Shown here: piece after piece, positions 56,677 to 64,000 of the stretch | Position numbering within the stretch: position 1 is the first letter of the stretch | Layout of the letters: every line of letters starts with the position of its first letter | Assembly: GCA_000002445.1 (NCBI GenBank) | Contig: CM000208.1 | Coordinates: 3,872,001 to 3,936,000 of the forward strand | Length of the DNA stretch: 64,000 bases | Origin: Trypanosoma brucei | Taxonomy: Eukaryota | Direction: 5' to 3' | The notes under the pieces: generated by a model | Databases searched by the model: none | Seen by the model: the letters and a program-made list of their open reading frames with translations, nothing else | Told to the model about the DNA's origin: nothing | Made by a program: the position numbers and the translations under genes

Positions 56677-57699
56677 TGCGCTACGTTCATGATTATTTTG
56701 AGCATTGAATAATAATCGCTGCTTTTGGTCCTTTTCTATCATTCCCTTTTATTTGTTACTTAAATACTTGTATCTTTTTAAAATGTACGACCTATTTTCT
56801 ATCTATGTTGCTACTTTTTGATTTCCCTTACAAATAACTGAAACAGTAAGATGCATGGTTGGTTGTAGGCTTATAGGGAGACGCTGCGTCTCACAGTTTT
56901 TGTTGGACTTGGACAGGATAGAGGATACGTTTTTGGGGTGTGTATTTTCAAATTAACTAAATTCGCCATTCAAGGTACTTTTTCCCACCATTAATTTCTT
57001 TCATTCTCGAAAACATGAAAAACCTAGTTTTTCTAACTACATTATCAATGCACCAGTGTGTAAAAGGCACTACACCTCACCGTTTCTTCACAGGATTTTG
57101 ATGAACTGAAAGTTTTGTTTCTGCTTTCACTTTGATGTTTTCCACATTTTTATGGTTTCTCCTAACCTTTCCATAATTGGTTGTTACCCTCTTTTTTGGC
57201 GCAAGGTTTGATTCAATCTTCGGCTGGGTTCTTTGGGAATATTTTTTGTTACGCTTCGTTAACTCTTGTAACAAACACAGTTTTAGTTGACTTGTAGGCC
57301 TTTGTCAGCTAAATTCTCTTCAATATATTGCTCCGGATATATTATTATACTTTAAGCAGAATAACACATGCTTCAAAGATTATTTGAAGATATTGTCAGT
57401 TATCATTTTACATGCTTTTCGCTTGCACTTCCTCTTTGTATTAGTTTTTGCACTCCACTTTGTCTATTTACTGCGCTCTCTATCTCCATCTCATTATTCC
57501 TCAAGTTATCTCCTTGTTTATGATGATGCACACAGTAATATCTGTATTTTACATAGAGCATATTCCATTTTCTTATATATTTTTCTGTTGGTGTCTCACT
57601 TAAAAATAATATTTCTTTTTGTCTCTAATTTACCTATTATCGTTCTACAGCTTCCGGTTTTGGATTATATTTTTTTACCTATCCATGTTTTTCTTTACT

Positions 57700-57790
57700 A
57701 CCATTCTCTTATTACAACAATAGTATATACGCACTCACAACACACTGCTACAATCATGTCTTTTACTAATACATACCCCTAAAATATACA
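57700..57790 (-). repeat. degenerate VSG-associated 70-bp-repeat-like unit
   Basis: The minus strand reads cagtgtgttgtgagtgcgtatatactattgttgtaataag. This corresponds to the GAGTGTTGTGAGTGTGTATATACGAATATTATAATAAGAG core of the 70-bp repeat found upstream of VSG genes. Confidence 0.45.
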
Positions 57791-58058
57791 ATAAACATAA
57801 TAAACCACAATAGAAAAGCACACATTTTTTATGCCATATCATCCTACTACTTTACAACGGTAAACACTATCATATACAGGCCACTACAATATCATATTTT
57901 TTATATTTTATAAAATTTTTAACAGCTTGCGCATTTCCACCAAAAGGTCTAAAAATATGTCAATTTAAGTAAATTTTATAAAATTCTCTTAAAATAGCAA
58001 ATTATATAAGTTTCACAAATTTTCAATATTGAGCAACAATTTTTAGAATTTTAGAATT

Positions 58059-59605
58059 TTAAAATGCTATCAAACTGATAAAAGCAGCGGCCATGAGAAC
58101 CAAATTCTTGTTGACAATAATACTGGAATCCTGACATTTGCCTTCGATCCAACCGCAAACTTCTTTCTTTTCTTCGGGTATTTTGCCCTCAACCTTTTTG
58201 CATTCGTCTTCTGTTTTCGCCTCGCCACATTTTCATTCATTTTTTTCTTATTGTTTTTCTGTTTCTTCTACTGCTTGTTTGCCCTTTTCACTTAACACGC
58301 ATTTCTGTTTGTCTTAATTATAAGTGCAGTTTTCATTTTTGCCGCAATCTTTTTCTTTTTTTATTTCGTTGCAAATTTGTTCGGTTGTCTTCGTCACCAC
58401 TTTTGTGGTGCCTTGTGCTTTCTTCAGCTCTTTTTCTGTGTCTTCTAACTGCTTTTCCGTTTTTGTTTCGTAGTAGCTTAACACACTGATTAGAATATGT
58501 AGATCGTTTAATGACTCTAGTTTTGGTTTGTTCGTTTCGCCGTGCGACGGCTCACCAACTTCTGTGCTCTGCAACTTTGTCCAAAAATCCTGAATAACTG
58601 CTCCGGTTGGCGCAAAGGTATTCTTTAGAGAGTCTGTTGCTTCTTTCAGTTCTTTGGAACCTTCCGTTTTAACTTTTGTAGCCCCTAGATATGTTGCAAG
58701 TCTCTCAGCGCTTTTTGGGTTGGTGGCTGCTGTTTTAATTATGGTTGTCGCGTCGGTTGTGAATTCTGTTAGCTTTTTGTTGTTAATTATGTGTGCGTCG
58801 TATTGCGCCGCTTCCGGCAGCTTTTGGGTTGGCCGCGGTCCGTTTGCATTCAGTACCGAAGATTTTTGCGCGCTGACCGTGTCTGTGTTTGTTCCTTGTA
58901 TAAGGTCCGCTGCTAGTTTCGCCGTTGCTGAGGTTACAAATGGACCCGTTTGCCCGCCAGCCCAGACATGCAACGGTCATTTGTTTTCGTTGCTGCCCCC
59001 TGTTGCGGTGAATAAGGTACCTGCTGGATGTGCCTTGAGCCCTTCAGTGTCAAGTATGCTGGCGTCCACTTGGTCTCCGTCCGGTGAGAAACTTAAAGTT
59101 GGCGCTGTACATGTTTCAAGGCCTGTTGTAGCTGCCGTTGCAGAGTTCTCGTCACCGTTGCTTAGGCAGTAAATGCTTCCGCCGTCGTGTGCGTGACCTT
59201 TCAGTAGTGCTGGTGCCTCCGCTATCGCTCCTTTTAACTGCATCGTTGTCGCCGTCACCTCGATGGCATTGTGGGTGAATGATTGCCGTTGCCTTTGTAA
59301 CGAAAAGCGCGTTTCTGTTATTGTTTCTGCTAACGCTCTCAGTACTGCTTTAGCTTTGCGTGATGTCTGTTGCTTGCTGTATACTAGTAACTTAAGCGCT
59401 ATTTCCTCGTGCTTTTGTTCCGCTGTGGACATTGCACTTAGTTTGTGCTCTGCTATTTTGGGTATTTTGGCTAGTTCGGCACCGGTGCTACAGATGGGTT
59501 GCCATACCGATTTTTTATCGGATTTTTTGTCGCCCTTGGCTGCTTTGGGAGATGCACCAATGTAAATACTATCAAAGCCACCGCAAATGCATGTTTTTGT
59601 TTCAT
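58059..59605 (-). pseudogene. VSG: variant surface glycoprotein (VSG) pseudogene, with in-frame stops and a frameshift
   Basis: Minus-strand reading gives the signal peptide MKQKHAFAVALIVFTLVHL from the ATG at 59605, then a TAG stop. The A-type N-domain pieces are track ORFs 58977..59432 and 58314..58973. The C-terminal domain is ..EQICNEIKKEKDCGKNENCTYN then a stop. Further in frame comes ..EDECKKVEGK..CGWIEGKCQDSSIIVNKNLVLMAAAFISLIAF, a GPI-anchor signal, ending at the TAA at 58059. Confidence 0.8.
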
Positions 59606-60424
59606 TTTGATGGTTCTACTTGGTGAGAAGTGCACTTCGGCTGGCAGGGGAAGATCTGCTTCACGGTTGAGGGGTTAAGTTTATCATGGTTCTCCATGGT
59701 TTATAGGTTGGGAGACCAGCTGCACCGTTCGCTTGAGCCATAGATGTCTCTTATAGGTGAAAAACGCTGCTATAAGAGCATTTGTTATATAAGTTTACTC
59801 CGCGGTAGCTGTAATTTCTTTCTGTCTCACACATAACACTCTACAATGCTGTTTTATAGCCACATAAACAAATACAAGCTATTTTTATTCCTTATTTATC
59901 AAACCTTCTATATGGTCCACATATTCTTCTTTTAAAATAAAACCACACACCCCCTACTATGTAAAAACCAAGGATAATAGTACTTAACATTAGGAGCCGC
60001 CCTTAGATTAAAAACTAACAGTGGCAAACATTTCCGCAGCACTATCTGCCCCATTTTTGGGTCAAAAGAGCACACCATCCTCCTCCTAATGTATCGTTCT
60101 CTCCTATGTTGTGCTATTGCGCATCCAGTTGTTTCCTTCTGAATTTTCTTTCCTTCTTTTCATCTTCACTCGCTGCTTCCAGGGATCGCACAGCGGCTTC
60201 ACCTCTTTTGCATACTGCACTTTGTCTCCCCCTCATTGTCCTACCCATCATCTTGTGTTCGATGGTGGTCATAGTCATATTTTTTTTGAAACTGTGCATA
60301 TTTCATCTCTCTCATTCTTTCTGTTTTTTACGTTTCCTATAATAAGTGTAATATTTGTGCTCTCTCACTCTCAGTCATTCACTTACTATCACACCAACCT
60401 TGCCATTGTTTCAAGCGCTCCCAA

Positions 60425-60535
60425 GTCATTCGCACATTTATTATTATAATTATAGTATTCGTATATACGTACTCACAAGAGTATCCTATGATAACCATTA
60501 TTATCATCATAACCCTAACTATTATTATCCATAAA
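60425..60535 (-). repeat. 70-bp repeat (VSG upstream repeat), one to two units
   Basis: The minus strand reads ..ggataataatagttagggttatgatgataataatggttatcataggatactcttgtgagtacgtatatacgaatactataattataataataaatg. It shows TRR triplet runs plus the GTGAGT..TATATACGAATA..TATAATAA core. It lies about 0.8 kb upstream, in the minus sense, of the VSG pseudogene at 58059-59605. Confidence 0.7.
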
Positions 60536-60784
60536 AAAAAGAAAGTTAAAATAACACTTACTTTTCATACCCCATCGCACTATTACTTTACTTTATCACT
60601 ATACCACTTGACACACATAATACACTTTCACACTGCAATTTTTTCAGATTCAAAAAATTTACTAACTTTCAATTTCCATCAGAAAGCGTTAAAATATATT
60701 AAATTTTATAATATTTAAAAAATATCTTAAAATAGCAAGTTTCATAAATTTCATAAATTTGAACAAAAAACCTTTTAGAAAAAT

Positions 60785-62181
60785 TCATTTTAAGAACCCA
60801 AATTCTAGCAAAAGAAGAGCATTAATTGCAAAAGATTTGATCCATGTGGCGTTTCCTGTGGACCACGTTGTAGTGGCAACCTTAACCTTGAACTCCCCAT
60901 CCGTAAATTTAAATCCATCTCTTTCGTTGCATCTATCTTTGTTGTTTTCCTCTTTGAATTTACTTTCCTTTGCTTCAGTCACTACTGTGGGGTTATTTGC
61001 ATTCGCTTTTGTCTTTGTTAGAATCCACCGTGCTGCGTTTTCTTGTTCGCATATACTAAAAGCACGTCCGTAGTTGCTGGAACCACTTGCTAAAGCGCCC
61101 AGTGTCTCGCCGTTTTGGTTTGTGTTCGTGTCGTAAATCAGTTTTTCATTTTTTAGGGCCTCAAAAAAATACCTGTTCTATTGTTTTGGAGCCTGTCCCG
61201 AGCAATTCCTTTACTGCTGCCTCCTGTTTGTCTTTGTTACTTTTATTTGTTTTGCCTTGTGTTATTTTTACTGCAAGTTCGCCTATTTCTGTGTCACCCT
61301 TTAGATCATCGAGGGTGCATTGCCAGACGCTGGTTTCAGTTGCGATGGTCGTTTCCTGCACTACACAAAGAGCATATGCTATGGCTTTTGTGGTTATTAT
61401 GTGCTGCTTTTCCGGGTTCTCTTGTGGGATGCATGTCGCTCCCCCATGTGCTCCTTTTATGTGCACCTGTTCTGTTAGGTCTGCTTTGGTGTTATGTTTT
61501 ATTGTGTCAAGCGCCATGCCGGCTGATATGCTCCCTATATTTGGTTTCGCATTTTTTGCCGCATCCATTTTCCGCTGTTGTTTTTGATTGCATGTTGCTT
61601 CCTACGTCTTCCTTACCGAGTATTTGGACTTTGAGTTCTAGTAGCACAAAGGCTCTCTCTTACGTCAACTTCAGTGATTTTGTCAACAATAGTGCATTTG
61701 CATCTGCTAGGAGCTGCACATCTTTGGAGGCGTCTACTGGAGAGTAATCATCCTTTGGTAAAGCTTCTGTTAAGGTTAATTTGCACCTCCAGCTGTCGCC
61801 CTCTTTGGGTGATGCTGACGTAGAAGGTTCTGCGTTGCTCGCTTTAGCCTTGACAGCATTTAGTTCTGAGAGGGTTCCCACCTAGCCGACCCTCCTTGAA
61901 ATTATTGATGTGCTGTCATGGGCTGCCTCTTTGGTGTCTTTTAGTGTTGTAAGTTACAGGTTAAGTTTTATTTCTGTAATTTTCTCTAGAACCTTATAAA
62001 ATGCTTTCGCTTCGGGTCTGTTAGCTTGCAGCATGCAGCTTGCAAGTTGATGGGACCTTACTTGGCGTGTTAGTGTTTCAGCCGCAGCAGCTGCTTCTTC
62101 TAATTTGCTTTTGAAATTTGCTAAAACATGTTTGAGATACTTATGCTCATCTCACGAAAATTTTATTGTGTTTTTGCCTCA
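60785..62181 (-). pseudogene. VSG: variant surface glycoprotein (VSG) pseudogene, with multiple frameshifts and stops
   Basis: Minus-strand pieces are the signal-peptide-like MRQKHNKIF.. from the ATG at 62181, then N-domain fragments (track ORFs 61660..61881 and 61161..61568 minus, for example ..CIPQENPEKQH..AIAYALCVVQE..). The C-terminal domain ends in the hydrophobic GPI signal ..NATWIKSFAINALLLLEFGFLK at 60785. The 3' flank, cttaaaatagcaagtttcataaattt, is shared with the 3' flank of the VSG at 58059. Confidence 0.75.
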
Positions 62182-64000
62182 TTTTGCAAGAATGCTAGCC
62201 GTCAAGTAAAAAAAATGTATTTTATTTGATTGGAAAGAATTTTTTGTTGTTTAATTACTTTTAAAAGGTTCTGTACTATGTGGGCACCTAATCTTGGTGT
62301 TTGCAGAGGAAGGAGAGTTTTGGTGCTATGTGTCGGTGGTGTACAACACACCATGTACTGCACACCGTAGATCACCTTGTGTTTACAAGTTTAGTAGCTG
62401 AATATCTTCAAGAACATACCTAAGGACCCTTATTCCAATCTCCCATTCCTCGTCTTGGTATTTATCTGCGCCTGTCTCTCTTCATACAATCCAATAATAC
62501 ATATTTACTTTATCAATCGCTTTTGTGTCATTTTTTAAGCACCGTTCGTTGCCGTAGAGAGCTGTCATTTTTCTCAGAGTTGCGAGCAGCTTTGTTTATT
62601 TTCTTTGTGTATCAACAGCTGTATTCCCTATCACCCGCTCTTCTTTGTAGGCCGAGCTTTTTAGAAATGAGTCCGGTGCCTACCACTTTTCTTGTTTGTA
62701 CCCTTTGCAGTCTTTGCTCCGATCCTCGCTACCATTTTATCTGTCTCATAAAACATGTGGATCCGGCACAAGTTGCGTTTTTCCTGAGTCCTCTTTTTTT
62801 CTTAGAGATGTTTGGGCGTTCCGCAGTGTCGTCTCGTTTCTCTCATTATCAGCTGTAGCATCTGTGCGACGCCTTGTGTGCTTTCTCCGCATGGCAAGTC
62901 TAGTGTCTGCTGCCGGTCTTTTATTTTCTATACGCTTAAAGGTGTGTTTGACGCTCCTTTGCGGTCCCAAAGGCGAGTCACGAGGAGGGACTAAAGCATA
63001 TATCAAGTTCTGGCTGTCTTCACTACCGCCAATTGTTTGCACATTGATCTAAAGTAGAGGTTTTCCTATTGGAGTTCTTTGTGCTGCCGTTCTTGCAAAC
63101 GATGGAGCCCCAAATTGCTCATTCGACTTAACGGTTTGCGCCATTTGTTTAGCTCATTGCTTATATTGGCGAAACTTCCCCTCCTTTCTCGTTTCATACA
63201 GATTTAGGTTGTGTTACTTGGTTTCAGCTGGTAAGACGCTGCGCCCGAAAGTAGAAAACTCCGGCGTATGTGTCGTACTGGCTCTTCCCACTTTCCGTAA
63301 CTTCTACTTGCTGTTTCCCATGCTGAGTCCTCTGCAGAGGGTAGGTGTGCCTGATGCAGCAGGCCAATGCGAAGTAGCTCTTGTCTACTTGTACTACAAA
63401 TTGCACTTAAGGTCTGCTTTCTGGTTGCTGTCTGTTGTCCTTGGCTTCAGCATCGGTTGACTGTGACACTTAAAATTTAGCGCGCGCAGTTTTGTCCTGT
63501 TGGACGCTCCTTTGTGCAGCTTTTCCCTTCACCTATGTTTGATTTGCATATTTAGCTGTCTGTCACGCGTGGCTGTTTAGAATGCACTCCATCTAGTTGT
63601 TTAGTACAGGACATGTCCACTGAATGTGGAAGAAAAGGTAGATAACTTCAACCTCTGCTTCTTTAATTTTTACTACTTCAATCATTCCATAATTTTTCTT
63701 AACCCCACTACCTTTTCGGTATATCGCAGTTGTTTCTAGCTTAGATGGCCACACTTCAGGTTTCTTTACTACTGGTTAATCTTCCGGAAACATTAATAAG
63801 AAGCACGTCGTTTAACCAAAGGATATTCATCTTTTAAAATCCAATCTATATTATTCTATATCTGTGTCTAAAACGATTAAGATTTATAGTCCTTACTACT
63901 CCATGTTAGATGTTGATTTACAGGCTTTGTTTTTACTCGAAATAAAGAGGAAATGTTGGTTTTTCTGCCATAAATGGTTGCTATTTTGTTTGTGATTTAG

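Noticed and set aside
57077-57274. A Lys-rich 65-aa minus-strand ORF between the ingi 3' end and the 70-bp-like repeat, as a possible VSG C-terminal fragment.
   Set aside because: No cysteine pattern or GPI signal. The sequence is AT-rich and of low complexity, and most likely spacer.
62523-64000. Possible third VSG pseudogene on the minus strand beyond 62500.
   Set aside because: The translations (for example 62746..63042 minus) show Lys-rich, Cys-containing stretches but no clear VSG N-domain, C-domain or GPI-signal hallmarks that I could verify by eye. The window ends before more context is available.

Overview
The window reads as nuclear DNA from an African trypanosome of the Trypanosoma brucei group, spanning the transition from a chromosome core into a VSG-bearing subtelomere. 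Bases 4192-37896 form one unidirectional plus-strand gene cluster of about 15 protein-coding genes with no introns and pyrimidine-rich intergenic tracts. Its genes are a PIH1-domain protein, a TEY-type MAP kinase, an FNR-like oxidoreductase, a small voltage-sensor-like membrane ORF, an eIF4E (probably EIF4E2), an 820-aa orphan, an FKBP-TPR isomerase, a WD40 protein, IMP dehydrogenase ending in the glycosomal signal SKL, an FtsH-like AAA metalloprotease, a kinase-like protein, a T1-type BTB protein, a Methyltransf_16-like methyltransferase and a GRESAG4-type receptor adenylate cyclase. The gene set matches what I recall of the right end of T. brucei chromosome 10, but that placement is recollection and not proven here. 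Downstream of the cyclase there is a 4.5-kb gene-free stretch containing telomere-hexamer relics. It is followed by an orphan partial rDNA unit, 5.8S plus a complete-looking LSU-alpha, with no SSU upstream. About 100 bp past the LSU-alpha 3' end sit two tandem 5.26-kb ingi non-LTR retrotransposons separated by a 100-N assembly gap. Both ingi copies are degenerate but keep the N-terminal 2A-like DVEENPGP peptide, AP-endonuclease, reverse transcriptase and C-terminal C2H2 fingers. The last 7 kb carries at least two minus-strand VSG pseudogenes with 70-bp-repeat fragments. The first 4.2 kb is GC-rich and has no convincing gene. I did not recognise any tRNA, CRISPR or prokaryote-type system.
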